Source: Patescibacteria group bacterium
GTDB lineage: Bacteria; Patescibacteriota; Minisyncoccia; Portnoybacterales; UBA2143
Direction of reading: 5' to 3'
Assembly: GCA_018830295.1 (NCBI GenBank)
Contig: JAHJSM010000003.1
Coordinates: 2,512-66,511 of the forward strand
Length of the DNA: 64,000 bases
Below are positions 9,550 through 19,359 of the stretch, piece after piece (within the stretch, counting starts at the first letter, position 1; each line of letters starts with the position of its first letter). The notes under the pieces are model-generated. The model was not told the origin of the DNA and did no database searches. It saw only the letters and a list, made by a program, of their open reading frames with translations. The position numbers and the translations under genes are program-made.

Positions 9550-10693
9550 ACCTAACGCTCGCGTATCCACCCGCTACGCCGTTTTTGGAAAAGACAATTT
9601 GCCATACTTGGTTTTTTCTCACCCTGAAACTGCCCGCGCACGCGAGCAAATAATATGACCACATTCTGTAAAACCTTTGGTCATAAATATTTTTAATTTT
9701 ATCCCAATTATTTTTAAAATTCTGATGCCAAGCCATAAGCGTCTTGTCGTAATCAGCTCCAAAATTATGCCAATCTTCAAGCACAAACAAGCCCTTTGCC
9801 GCATTAATAATTTTTTCCGGCGAGGGAATGACAGAATTTGGAAAAATATATTTATTCATCCACGGGTCTGTCGCGACACGCGCTACATTTCTCCCAATAG
9901 TATGCAACAAAAACAATCCGTTATCTTTCAGACAGTTGCGCGCAACTTTCATATATGTCTGATAATTCTTGTAACCGACATGTTCAAACATGCCGATAGA
10001 AACAATACCGTCAAATTTTTCGGAAATATCCCTGTAATCTTGCAGCCGTATCTCAACCGGTAAGTTCTCGCATACTCGCCTGGCTAAATCGGCCTGCTCT
10101 TTGGAAACAGTGACACCGACCACTCGCGCCTCGTATTTTTCGGCGGCGTATTTGGCGAACCCTCCCCATCCGCACCCGATATCCAAAATCTTCATCCCCT
10201 CCTTCAGCCCTATTTTCCTGCAAACTAAATCCAACTTTGCCTCCTGCGCCTCATCAAGCGTTTTCGCGTCTTTCCAATATCCGCAACTATAAATCATTCT
10301 CTCATCAAGCATATTTTGATAAAGCGCGTTGCCGAGATCATAATGTTTTTCTCCAATTAAAAAAGCGCGCGATTTTTTTTGAAAATTGATTATTTTGGCC
10401 TTAAGCAAAATCCACAGGAGCCATTTGGAAATTTTAACTTTTTCGTCCAGTTTTGCCCCAAGAACCCTATAAAAAAACTCGTCAAGTGCCGCGCAATCCC
10501 ACCAGCCGTCCATATATGACTCGCCCAAACCCAAAGACGCGCCCCCTAAAACCCTCTGATAAAACCTTTCGTCATGAACCCTAATATCCCGCGGCTCGCT
10601 CCCGCCCACTCTAACGCCCGCCTCGCCCAGCAAGGATTCTATTATCTCCCTCCCCCCGTTTTTTATTTTTTTACCTCCATAATTTCGCGTCAT
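9548..10693 (-). CDS. cfa: Cyclopropane-fatty-acyl-phospholipid synthase
   Basis: LGLGESYMDGWW, HYDLGN, YSCGYW, LDIGCGWG, SIGMFEHVG, FYRMWSYYL. Confidence 0.93.
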   Translation of the reverse strand: MTRNYGGKKIKNGGREIIESLLGEAGVRVGGSEPRDIRVHDERFYQRVLGGASLGLGESYMDGWWDCAALDEFFYRVLGAKLDEKVKISKWLLWILLKAKIINFQKKSRAFLIGEKHYDLGNALYQNMLDERMIYSCGYWKDAKTLDEAQEAKLDLVCRKIGLKEGMKILDIGCGWGGFAKYAAEKYEARVVGVTVSKEQADLARRVCENLPVEIRLQDYRDISEKFDGIVSIGMFEHVGYKNYQTYMKVARNCLKDNGLFLLHTIGRNVARVATDPWMNKYIFPNSVIPSPEKIINAAKGLFVLEDWHNFGADYDKTLMAWHQNFKNNWDKIKNIYDQRFYRMWSYYLLACAGSFRVRKNQVWQIVFSKNGVAGGYASVR

Positions 10694-10755
10694 ATTATTG
10701 AAAGCATTATAACACAAAAACAACCGCCCAGATAGCGATTGTTTTATTTACTTTG

Positions 10756-10827
10756 CTGGGGAGGAGGGATTCGAACCCCCGCTTTTCGCTTTCAAAGAGC
10801 GACGTGTTACCGCTACACCACTCCCCA
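10756..10827 (-). tRNA. tRNA-Gln(TTG)
   Basis: Reverse complement TGGGGAGTGGTGTAGCGGTAACACGTCGCTCTTTGAAAGCGAAAAGCGGGGGTTCGAATCCCTCCTCCCCAG; anticodon TTG. Confidence 0.93.
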
Positions 10828-10831
10828 AATT

Positions 10832-11512
10832 TTAAATTTTACTTACTATCCCCTCAACCCAACCCATCAATTTTCTGTTGAGATTTGTGCTTCTTTTCAC
10901 CGTGATATCAAGTAGCCCAAAGTAATTATTGTTATCCACCTTACGATTGGTTTTTATATTATGCTTTTTGAATACGGTTTTTCTAAACCTGACTACGGGC
11001 ACTCCAACAATTTTAGACCAATATTTTAAAGATTTTTCTTCATCGCCTGTCTCGTGAATATACAACCTCATATCCATATTCTTTTTGGAAACATTACAAA
11101 TTTCAATAAGCCATTTAAGAAAAATCTTTATCATTCTTGGATCTGAATTGCTAAATCTTAACCCTTGAGAAACATTTGTTTCCTTTTGTTTTGACCCTTC
11201 CGCCCAATACAGCGCTATTCCAATTAGAAATAACTCCTTTTTACCAATCTTTTTTATTTCCTTTCCGGCTAAAGTTTTTATCTCTTCTGTGGCTCTGATT
11301 CTATTTTCGCGACATGTTTGTTGCGCTTTTTTTTGGGCCAATTTTCTTTTTTCAGTAAGTCGTTGTCGCTGCCTTTTGGCTAATCCTATTTCACGAAGCC
11401 AAACCGACAATGTAGATTTGGCTACTGGCACCAATCTCAAAATTTCGTTATACGATAATCCCTTTTTTCTTAACACTATTGCTTTTTGTTTTTCTCTCGT
11501 TTTTGAAATCAT
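10832..11512 (-). CDS. HTH + LAGLIDADG-like domain protein next to a tRNA
   Basis: N-terminal LRKKGLSYNEI...VAKSTLSVWL HTH; LYWAEGSK and FSNSDP LAGLIDADG-like motifs. AT-rich; stop lies 4 nt from tRNA-Gln. Start MISK chosen. Confidence 0.65.
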   Translation of the reverse strand: MISKTREKQKAIVLRKKGLSYNEILRLVPVAKSTLSVWLREIGLAKRQRQRLTEKRKLAQKKAQQTCRENRIRATEEIKTLAGKEIKKIGKKELFLIGIALYWAEGSKQKETNVSQGLRFSNSDPRMIKIFLKWLIEICNVSKKNMDMRLYIHETGDEEKSLKYWSKIVGVPVVRFRKTVFKKHNIKTNRKVDNNNYFGLLDITVKRSTNLNRKLMGWVEGIVSKI

Positions 11513-11559
11513 GAACCATGGATATATTGTCTCCATTATACATCTGTGGTTTTGATAAA

Positions 11560-12660
11560 TCAAGCCGAATTTTCTCCGCAGCATTCCACTACTGCCAGTT
11601 CTAAAGGCAGTTGGGGGAAGTCGGCGGATTTTACTTCGTTTTCGGCTTGGATGAAGAGACGGATTGTTTTGATTAAATCCGGCTGGGAAAACTTTTCTCC
11701 CTGTCCTGTTATAACATCCAACTGCTCCTTGGTCAATTCTATAGCAATCAGTTTCGCTAATTCGGGGTCAACTTTCAAAATCATCATTTTTCTCAAATAG
11801 TTAATGAACGATTTCGTGAATTGGACCGGGTCGTATCCTTTGCCAAAAATTTCGTTAATATGATGAATCGCTTCCGAATTTTTCTTCTCCGCCAAAAAGC
11901 CCGCCAACTCCTGAACCGAACGAATATCAACCACTCCTAAAATATCTTGAACTTCTTTCAGCGTAATCTGCTTGTCTTCCATGGACATAATCTGCCCGAG
12001 CAAACTTTCCCCGTCGCGCATCGCCCCGTCGGCGTTAAGGGCGACCAATTCAAGCGCTTCTTTTTCAATCGCCACCTTTTCCTGTTTGGAAATCCAAGCC
12101 AAGCGTTCAGTAATTTTTTCCAGAGTTAATTTGTAAAAATCAAATCTTTGACAGCGGGAAATAATCGTCTGGGGGATTTTTTGAATTTCAGTCGTAGCGA
12201 GAATAAAAATCGCGTGCGCAGGCGGCTCCTCTAAAGTTTTAAGCAAGGCATTAAAGGCCGGCTGGGTGAGCATGTGAGTCTCGTCGATGATAAAAACTTT
12301 GTATTTTAATTTACTCGGACTAAATTGTATCCCGTCGCGCAACTCTCTAATTTCGTCAATCCCACGATTAGACGCCGCGTCAACTTCAATCAAATCCATT
12401 GACTTGCCGTTATTAATTTCTACGCAAGCAGGACATTTACCGCATGATTTATGACATGTTCTATTTTCACAATTAACCGCCTTGGCGAGCAGACGGGCAA
12501 TTGTCGTCTTCCCCGTCCCTCTCGGTCCGGTAAAAAGATAAGCGTGCGCGACCTTATCCATTGCCAAAGCATTCGTCAAAGTTCTAACGACATGCTCCTG
12601 CCCCGCGACCTCCTCAAAACTCTTCGGCCGATATTTTCGATACAAAACTAAATTTGACAT
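11560..12660 (-). CDS. dnaX: DNA polymerase III subunit gamma/tau
   Basis: LYRKYRP, GPRGTGKTT, EVDAASNRG, AFNALLKTLEEPP, SRCQRF. Confidence 0.96.
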   Translation of the reverse strand: MSNLVLYRKYRPKSFEEVAGQEHVVRTLTNALAMDKVAHAYLFTGPRGTGKTTIARLLAKAVNCENRTCHKSCGKCPACVEINNGKSMDLIEVDAASNRGIDEIRELRDGIQFSPSKLKYKVFIIDETHMLTQPAFNALLKTLEEPPAHAIFILATTEIQKIPQTIISRCQRFDFYKLTLEKITERLAWISKQEKVAIEKEALELVALNADGAMRDGESLLGQIMSMEDKQITLKEVQDILGVVDIRSVQELAGFLAEKKNSEAIHHINEIFGKGYDPVQFTKSFINYLRKMMILKVDPELAKLIAIELTKEQLDVITGQGEKFSQPDLIKTIRLFIQAENEVKSADFPQLPLELAVVECCGENSA

Positions 12661-12671
12661 ATACAAAACTA

Positions 12672-13115
12672 TTACCGCTTAAAGACAATAAACTTATACC
12701 CCGCGAAATTCCAGACCAGCGAAATACCCGTCGCGACGACCTTGGCTAAATTCGCCCAAAGTTCCGCGCTCAAGCCGAACATCGGCGAGACCAAAGTCGT
12801 AATAACATAAACCACAGTCGTGTTAAGCGCCATCCCAACCAGTGTAATCGCGACAAACTGCGCAAATTCCCCCGCTTTTTTCTCTGTTTCCCCGGCGCGG
12901 AAAATCCAAAACTTATTCCAGAAAAAGCTGTTGATGACCGCCACCGAAAAAGAAACCGCGTTTAACAGAATAATATACTTCCCGCTATAAATCCCCGTCT
13001 GCCACATCAGCAAATTCAAAATCGCGAAATCAATCCCCGTATTCAAAAACCCAATCAAAACAAATTTGCTAAACTGAACAACCAACTTTTTGTATTTTTC
13101 GTTTAATAAAAACAT
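12672..13115 (-). CDS. GtrA-family membrane protein
   Basis: KFVLIGFLNTGIDF, NSFFWNKFWIF, WNFAGYKFIVF. Confidence 0.88.
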   Translation of the reverse strand: MFLLNEKYKKLVVQFSKFVLIGFLNTGIDFAILNLLMWQTGIYSGKYIILLNAVSFSVAVINSFFWNKFWIFRAGETEKKAGEFAQFVAITLVGMALNTTVVYVITTLVSPMFGLSAELWANLAKVVATGISLVWNFAGYKFIVFKR

Positions 13116-13133
13116 AAATTTTTAGTTTCATCC

Positions 13134-15674
13134 CTATATCTCGGGGGCTTTCTCGACCTTGAAAACAAGCCCTTCTTGTAAAATTACTTTATCACGGCGT
13201 TTGATTTTATCCTCTAAAAACAACCGTGCCAACTCGCTTTCCACTTTGTCTTGAATCACCCTCTTCAGCGGCCGCGCTCCATAAAGCGGGTCAAACCCAG
13301 CCAAAGCCAATTCCCGCGCCGCCTCTTCTTCAACTTCAAAAACAACGCCCTTTTCCGCCAACTGCTCCCGCGCGCTGTTTAAAAACAATTTTGTAATCTC
13401 CGTCACATTCTCAACCGAAAGCGGCTTAAAAAGTATAATCTCATCAAAGCGATTCAAAAATTCCGGCTTAAAATCCTTCAATAAGACCTTTTCCTTCAAC
13501 TCCCTGTAGATTTCTTTATAATCAACCGCTCGCCTGATTTGCTGCTGAACAAATTGTGTCCCCGCGTTTGAAGTAGCGATTAAAATCACATTTGTAAAGT
13601 TAATCGTTTCTCCCGACGCGTCAGTCAACCGCCCATCGTCCATTACTTGTAAAAACAAATTCAAAATATCCGGATGCGCCTTCTCTATCTCGTCCAAAAG
13701 CAAAAGCGCGTATGGCTGTCTCTTGACCGCTTCCGTTAAATATCCTTTATTCACGCCCTCTTCCGTCCGAAAACCAATCAGCTGCCGCAAACTTCTCTTT
13801 TCCTGATACTCGGACATATCTAATCGTATCATCCTCTTTTCATCGCCAAAATAAACGCGCGCCAGTGTTTTCGCCAATTCTGTTTTTCCCACGCCCGTCG
13901 GTCCGACAAAAAGAAAATTGCAAATCGGTTTTTTCTTTTCCTGCAATTGAAGACGGCTCCGTCTTAAAGCGTTCCCCACCGCTTTAACCGCTTCTTCTTG
14001 GTTAACCATTCTCCGATGAATTAACTCCTCCAATTGAAGCAGTTTTTCTTTTTCCGTTTCCATCACCTGTCCCAATGGAATTTTGGTCTTTCGCGCGACT
14101 AATTCAACAATGTCTTTCTCGCCGACTTGGCTTCCCACCCCTCCCCGCTGTCTAACAACATACGCTGATTCGGTTAACAAATCAATTGCCTTGCCTAAAA
14201 GCGCTTTTCCGTAAAGATATTTATCCGCCAAATCAACCGCTCGGTCCAGCGCGTCAACCGAGAAAAAAACATTAATCGCTTTTTCAATAACAAAAATTTT
14301 AGTAACTAAAATCCGCCAAAGAAGATTTCTGGACGGCTCAGCTAATTCAATTTTATTCAAAACCCGACCCAATATTTTACCCTCAATTTTAGAAGAAAAC
14401 CCATTTAGCGAAGCGGTCCCGATAAAAAAGAAGGCGTAATTATCCAGCGCCGAAGCCAAAATCTCCGCGAAATCCAAACCCGTTTCTTTGCTTTTCAAAC
14501 CAGCCAAACTATCCACATCGTCAATGACTAAAACAATATTCCCCGCCCGATTAACCTCAAAAATTATTTTCCTCAAATACTCCTCGCCCCTCTCGCTCGC
14601 CTCGCTCAATCCGACCAAACTTCCCAAATCCAATTTAATTAATCTTTTGTCTCGCAGAAGTTTTGGAACATTTTCCTCCACCATCATTTGAGCTAATTTT
14701 TTCAAAACGGCCTTTCTCCCCACCTCGCTCTGCCCAACCAAAACCGCGCCCACTTTCCCCAGACCAAAAAAATTAAAAATTTCCTCTATCTCTTTATCCC
14801 TGCCCAAAACCATTTCAAATCCTCCCTGTCGAGCCATAAAAGTCAAGTCATAACTAACTCTGTCCAAAAGAGGCGTTAAGGCGGCCGTCATCGCCCGATT
14901 TAATTTCCCTTTTGGCTTAAAGAGCCGTTTCCAAAAAAACATTTTTTCGCGTTTTTCAATTTCCTCATCCAGACGCGCCCATTCAACTACCCGTTCAATT
15001 TCTTCCGAACTTATGCCAAATTCGTCAAAAATCATCCCAACTAAATTTTTTCGTCGGCTAATCGCCCAAAGAATATCCAAAGAATTTATTTTTCGCCTCT
15101 CGTTTTTTAACGCAAAAAGATAAGCGTCAAAAAATATTTGTTTAAAGTCAGACGCTATTTTAGGTCCTAAAATCCCCCCTTTCTCTTTTGTCTTTGGAAA
15201 AAAAGAAGAATTTTCAAGAACCGATTTCGTTTTTTGAACGACATCCTTCGGCTCGCAATTAAGCCGCTTAAGAATTTTTTTGAACTCTTTGTTTTTTAAG
15301 AAAACATAAAAAATGTGGATTGGACGCAAAGAAGAATATCTTTTACGCTCGCAAAAAATCCAAGCGCTCTCCAACGCCTTTCGCGCCGAACCGTCCAAAA
15401 AAGAAGACACTTCAATTTTATCATCATCTGGCTTAAGCAGTTCGCTTGTTCTAATTTTGCCCCCCGTCTTTTTCTTCCGCCAAAGATAGAAAAGAAACAT
15501 ATCAGCGAATAAAGATAAGGATGATAGAACAAAAATTCCATAAATCCCGAACAAAACTAAAAAAATAACTATTAACCAACCCAAAACAACCTTTAATCGC
15601 CTCAAAGCAATAGCCAAAACGCCCAAGCCGGGCTCAAACCTAAAATCCGTATTTTGAATATCAAGTTCAGACAT
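13134..15674 (-). CDS. ClpA/B/C-family AAA+ ATPase with an N-terminal hydrophobic segment
   Basis: NBD2 GPTGVGKTELAK, RLDMSEY, LLDEIEKAH, YGARPLKR. NBD1 Walker A is degenerate (GQSEVGRKA). Confidence 0.85.
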   Translation of the reverse strand: MSELDIQNTDFRFEPGLGVLAIALRRLKVVLGWLIVIFLVLFGIYGIFVLSSLSLFADMFLFYLWRKKKTGGKIRTSELLKPDDDKIEVSSFLDGSARKALESAWIFCERKRYSSLRPIHIFYVFLKNKEFKKILKRLNCEPKDVVQKTKSVLENSSFFPKTKEKGGILGPKIASDFKQIFFDAYLFALKNERRKINSLDILWAISRRKNLVGMIFDEFGISSEEIERVVEWARLDEEIEKREKMFFWKRLFKPKGKLNRAMTAALTPLLDRVSYDLTFMARQGGFEMVLGRDKEIEEIFNFFGLGKVGAVLVGQSEVGRKAVLKKLAQMMVEENVPKLLRDKRLIKLDLGSLVGLSEASERGEEYLRKIIFEVNRAGNIVLVIDDVDSLAGLKSKETGLDFAEILASALDNYAFFFIGTASLNGFSSKIEGKILGRVLNKIELAEPSRNLLWRILVTKIFVIEKAINVFFSVDALDRAVDLADKYLYGKALLGKAIDLLTESAYVVRQRGGVGSQVGEKDIVELVARKTKIPLGQVMETEKEKLLQLEELIHRRMVNQEEAVKAVGNALRRSRLQLQEKKKPICNFLFVGPTGVGKTELAKTLARVYFGDEKRMIRLDMSEYQEKRSLRQLIGFRTEEGVNKGYLTEAVKRQPYALLLLDEIEKAHPDILNLFLQVMDDGRLTDASGETINFTNVILIATSNAGTQFVQQQIRRAVDYKEIYRELKEKVLLKDFKPEFLNRFDEIILFKPLSVENVTEITKLFLNSAREQLAEKGVVFEVEEEAARELALAGFDPLYGARPLKRVIQDKVESELARLFLEDKIKRRDKVILQEGLVFKVEKAPEI

Positions 15675-15678
15675 AAAT

Positions 15679-16014
15679 TTATATCATTCCCCAAACAGCC
15701 AAAAGAGGCAAAAGCGGCCACAGCGCAAAAGCAATCGTCCAAAAAACAAACAAAAAAACAAAAAAGAGCGAGCGCCAAAAAATCTGCCACGAGCGAACAA
15801 ATAAACTTAAAACATAAGCGTCCCAGCCGCGCTCCCCGTACATCGGTCTAAAAAAATTCTCAAAAAGAATTCCCAAAGCCAATCCCCGCCAGCCGCCCTT
15901 AATCCGCCGCCAACAAAAAACAGCCGCCTCCTTCAACCCCTCGCCATACCACCATATAGGGAAGTAGACAACCAACCAAAAAGCGTCTAAGAATAAGTTT
16001 TTGAAAAATTTCAT
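15679..16014 (-). CDS. Small membrane protein preceding the Clp ATPase
   Basis: FPIWWYG...NFFRPMY hydrophobic pattern; operonic spacing. Confidence 0.65.
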   Translation of the reverse strand: MKFFKNLFLDAFWLVVYFPIWWYGEGLKEAAVFCWRRIKGGWRGLALGILFENFFRPMYGERGWDAYVLSLFVRSWQIFWRSLFFVFLFVFWTIAFALWPLLPLLAVWGMI

Positions 16015-16042
16015 ATTAATTAGGGGGCTGCCCCCTGCGTCC

Positions 16043-18490
16043 TTAACTCTTATACCTCTCCCCAATTTCCCTCTCAACCATCACCTTATCCCTCCCGTAT
16101 TTCAGCCGCGAAAGTTCCTTGATCGCTTCGGCGGTTTCCGCGTCGCCCTTTTCGGGCGGGTAGGTCGCAATACTGAACGGCTTGGATGTCTCGTTATTAA
16201 GCATTAATTTAACATAAGCGTTAAAATTACCCACATTAATCAAATCATTCGCGTCAAAAATCGGCTCAAACTGCTTCACTAAAAATTCCGCGTCCTCCGC
16301 GCCAACCCGAAAACTCGCCATTGAGCCAACATTTCCAAAAACCGCGTCGCGAATCCCTTCGGTTAATTGCCCAATAAACTGATGAGCGAGAACCAAGCAA
16401 AGCCGATATTTTCGCGCTTCCGAAAGAATAGTTGAAATACTATCTGTGGCGAAATTTTGAAACTCATCCATATATAAATAAAAATCTTTCCGTTCCTCTT
16501 CCGCCATGTCAATTCTTGAAAAAGCCGCAATCAGCAATTTGCCCGTGACAATTAAACCGAGCAAAGAACTATTTGTATCCCCCAATTTCCCCTTGCTTAA
16601 ATTAACGAGCAAAATTTTCCGCTCATCCATAATCTTCCTAAAATCAAGCGAACTTTCCGACTGTCCGATAATCGGCCTCATATAATCATTGGCGATAAAA
16701 ATGTTAAATTTAGAAGTGATATAAGGAACCATATTCGCCAAAGACGCGTCGCCACCCGCTTTTTCCGCTTCCTTTTCCCAAAAATCCTTGACCACAATAT
16801 TCCCGCATTTCGCCAGTAATTTATCGCGAAAATTCTTATCAGCCAAAACCTTCGGCACTTCCATCAGAGTAGATTTCTCATTCGGGTCGTCCATTAAAAG
16901 CAAAAGCGCGTTGCGAGTATATTGCTCAAACATCGGCCCGCCGGTCGTTTTCATATCATAAAGTTTGTCAAAAATATTCATTAACTCATTCACGGCAAAG
17001 GTTTTCTGCTCTGGATAAGCCGGGTCATACTCAAGCATATTCAAGCCCAAAGGCCTCCCCAAATCAGAAGGGTCCAAAACAATTACATCTTCCGCTCGCT
17101 CGCTTGGAACCAACGCTAAAATTTTCTCAACCAAATCGCCGTGCGGGTCAAGAACGCACACGCCCCGCCCTTCTTTAATGTCCTGTATCGCCATATTCTG
17201 CATAAAAGCCGATTTTCCGGTTCCGGTCTGTCCAATTGTATAAAGATGCCGCCTCCGGTCGTTTTCCTGCAGACGAACTACCGCCTCTTCGCCGCGATAA
17301 GCGTTCTTGCCTAAAATTATCCCCTCTTTAGGCAAATTCGCGGGCGGAGCCGCCTGTCCCGATTTCAAAAACTTAACCTTGGGCGTCTCCAAAGACGCGG
17401 TTGGAAAATGAAAAATACTCGTCAATTCCTCCGTCCCTAAAAGCATCGCCCGCTTTTTGTTAAAAAGGCGAAAAGAAAATTCGTAAATCAATTTTTTTAA
17501 CTCCCGCCCCTTCCGCAACCTAACCGACTTTAACTGGTTCATATCCGAAGCGTTAAATTGCGCGAAAACCGATTCTAAATGCCCCAAAATCTCCTCCGCT
17601 CTCTTTAATTCGCCAGCCGAAACAAGCAATCTGACATTCGTCTCAAACCCCGCCTTGCCCGCCTTGTTTTCTATCGCTTTAATCACATCTTCCTGTCCTG
17701 GAGTGAGCGACGGTTTTTCTTCCGCCATCTCTCCTTCTTTTTTAGGCGGCTTAATGCTCGCCCTAAAATCCTTAATAATTTTGACTAACCAATTTCCGCC
17801 CTTCTCCGATTTCGCCGCTGAAAAACTCTTTCCCTTTTGCATTTCTCGCGCGATGCCTCGGCTTAAATTTTGCCATTTTGGAGAAGTTGGTCTAATAACA
17901 ATCTGAATTGCCGCCCCCTCCCCTTCTTTTTCTAATTTGCTCAAAGCATTCGTAATCTCGTTGAGCGGGTCAACTTCCAAATTTTGATAAGTCCTAAAAG
18001 GCAAAACAAAACTTTGAGCCAGTTTTAAATACGAGCCAACCGCCGCCCCTTTTGGATTAAAAATATTATAATCGTCGCTTTCTTCAACCGATGCTTCTGG
18101 GTAAAGCCCGTGAATTTGTTTTTCAATAATATTTTCATAACGCCGTGGCGCAGCCAAATAAAAAGAAATTTCCTCGCCCACCCGCGGCGTCGCGATTTCA
18201 AACGCCAAATACGGCTGACCATAAATAAAAATATCCTTTGTTTCTCGGATATTGCTCAAGCCGTTATAAAGCTGTTCCATGACCGCGACAATTTCCTTCT
18301 CACTCTTCGGCGCGCCGCCCTCCTCTTTTTTAACTTTTTTAGGCAAGGAAATCAAAAAAAGACGCATATTTAAAGACCGCGTAATCCGCCCTTTATTTTT
18401 AAGATGCATTACAAAAACCGCCGCCCCCAAGCCAACCACGCTTAGAGCAAGCAAAACGGTAATAAGTAAAAGAATTTGACTTAACGGCAT
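16043..18490 (-). CDS. VirD4/TraD-like coupling protein (HerA/FtsK-superfamily ATPase)
   Basis: N-terminal TM, DRRRHLYTIGQTGTGKS, LDPHGDL, LYMDEFQNF, SEARKY. Confidence 0.88.
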   Translation of the reverse strand: MPLSQILLLITVLLALSVVGLGAAVFVMHLKNKGRITRSLNMRLFLISLPKKVKKEEGGAPKSEKEIVAVMEQLYNGLSNIRETKDIFIYGQPYLAFEIATPRVGEEISFYLAAPRRYENIIEKQIHGLYPEASVEESDDYNIFNPKGAAVGSYLKLAQSFVLPFRTYQNLEVDPLNEITNALSKLEKEGEGAAIQIVIRPTSPKWQNLSRGIAREMQKGKSFSAAKSEKGGNWLVKIIKDFRASIKPPKKEGEMAEEKPSLTPGQEDVIKAIENKAGKAGFETNVRLLVSAGELKRAEEILGHLESVFAQFNASDMNQLKSVRLRKGRELKKLIYEFSFRLFNKKRAMLLGTEELTSIFHFPTASLETPKVKFLKSGQAAPPANLPKEGIILGKNAYRGEEAVVRLQENDRRRHLYTIGQTGTGKSAFMQNMAIQDIKEGRGVCVLDPHGDLVEKILALVPSERAEDVIVLDPSDLGRPLGLNMLEYDPAYPEQKTFAVNELMNIFDKLYDMKTTGGPMFEQYTRNALLLLMDDPNEKSTLMEVPKVLADKNFRDKLLAKCGNIVVKDFWEKEAEKAGGDASLANMVPYITSKFNIFIANDYMRPIIGQSESSLDFRKIMDERKILLVNLSKGKLGDTNSSLLGLIVTGKLLIAAFSRIDMAEEERKDFYLYMDEFQNFATDSISTILSEARKYRLCLVLAHQFIGQLTEGIRDAVFGNVGSMASFRVGAEDAEFLVKQFEPIFDANDLINVGNFNAYVKLMLNNETSKPFSIATYPPEKGDAETAEAIKELSRLKYGRDKVMVEREIGERYKS

Positions 18491-18536
18491 ATATAAGGGG
18501 ACAGTCCCTCGCCGCGAGGGACTGTCCCCGTCTTAG

Positions 18537-18971
18537 TTAGATCTCCTTTAGCTTCCCCTCTTTAATCAACTCTAACTTATCTAATGTATCGTGAAATTCA
18601 TCAAGGACAAAAGCGTTATCCAACTCCTTCGCCACTCCAACAGCAAAATCAGGCCCCTCTTCAAGAGCCAAATTCCGAAGCGCCTCAATCTGTTCCTGAA
18701 CGCCCAATTTGCTAATCTCTTCAACTTTCTTGCCACGCTTCGCCTTGTCCTCCTTCGCCGAGGCTTTGGCGGACAAGTCATCCGCGGGCGGCGCTGGTTT
18801 TACCTCTTCAATAACTTCCTGCTTTACTTCTTGCTTTACTTCTTGCTTTACTTCCTGTTCAACTTTCTCAACCTCAACTTCCCGAGGGGACAGTCCCTCG
18901 GGACGAGGGACTGTCCCCGTCTCAACCGGCTCCGTCTCAACCTCCCCAATTGACTCTTTATATTTGTCCAT
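18537..18971 (-). CDS. Acidic hypothetical protein with in-frame repeat inserts
   Basis: C-terminal NAFVLDEFHDTL; EVKQ tandem repeat; operonic position. Confidence 0.7.
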   Translation of the reverse strand: MDKYKESIGEVETEPVETGTVPRPEGLSPREVEVEKVEQEVKQEVKQEVKQEVIEEVKPAPPADDLSAKASAKEDKAKRGKKVEEISKLGVQEQIEALRNLALEEGPDFAVGVAKELDNAFVLDEFHDTLDKLELIKEGKLKEI

Positions 18972-19016
18972 AATTTTACAAAGGGGGCTGCCCCCGCAGC
19001 GGGGGCAGCCCCCGTC

Positions 19017-19313
19017 TTAGTTTATCGTCCCTTTTATCTCCTCCTTAAACTCCCGAACCACTCCTTCAACCATCGCGTCATAATCGCTAATCTTCGTCCT
19101 TAAAAACTCTGCAATCTTATCCGGATCATCCGTCTCCCTTAACTTCTCAAACTCAACCCTGTCCTCGTCCGACAGTAATTCAAGCGTTTTGACGGTAATC
19201 CGCTTCAAAACCGACTCTGTCATCACCGTCAAAAGCTCCGCCTGCTTCTCCTCCGACAACCCCGCCAAACCCAACTCCTCAATAATACTTTGTTTTATTT
19301 GTTGTGTATCCAT
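19017..19313 (-). CDS. Small helical hypothetical protein (DUF5663-like)
   Basis: ELGLAGLSEEKQAELL...L. The ORF-track N-terminal extension is palindrome-derived. Confidence 0.65.
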   Translation of the reverse strand: MDTQQIKQSIIEELGLAGLSEEKQAELLTVMTESVLKRITVKTLELLSDEDRVEFEKLRETDDPDKIAEFLRTKISDYDAMVEGVVREFKEEIKGTIN

Positions 19314-19359
19314 AATTTTTTTCATGGGGGCAGCCCTCGCCGCGAGGGCTGCCCCCATT

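Noticed and set aside
18817-18856. 12-bp tandem repeat (EVKQ x3)
   Set aside because: Ordinary in-frame low-complexity expansion.
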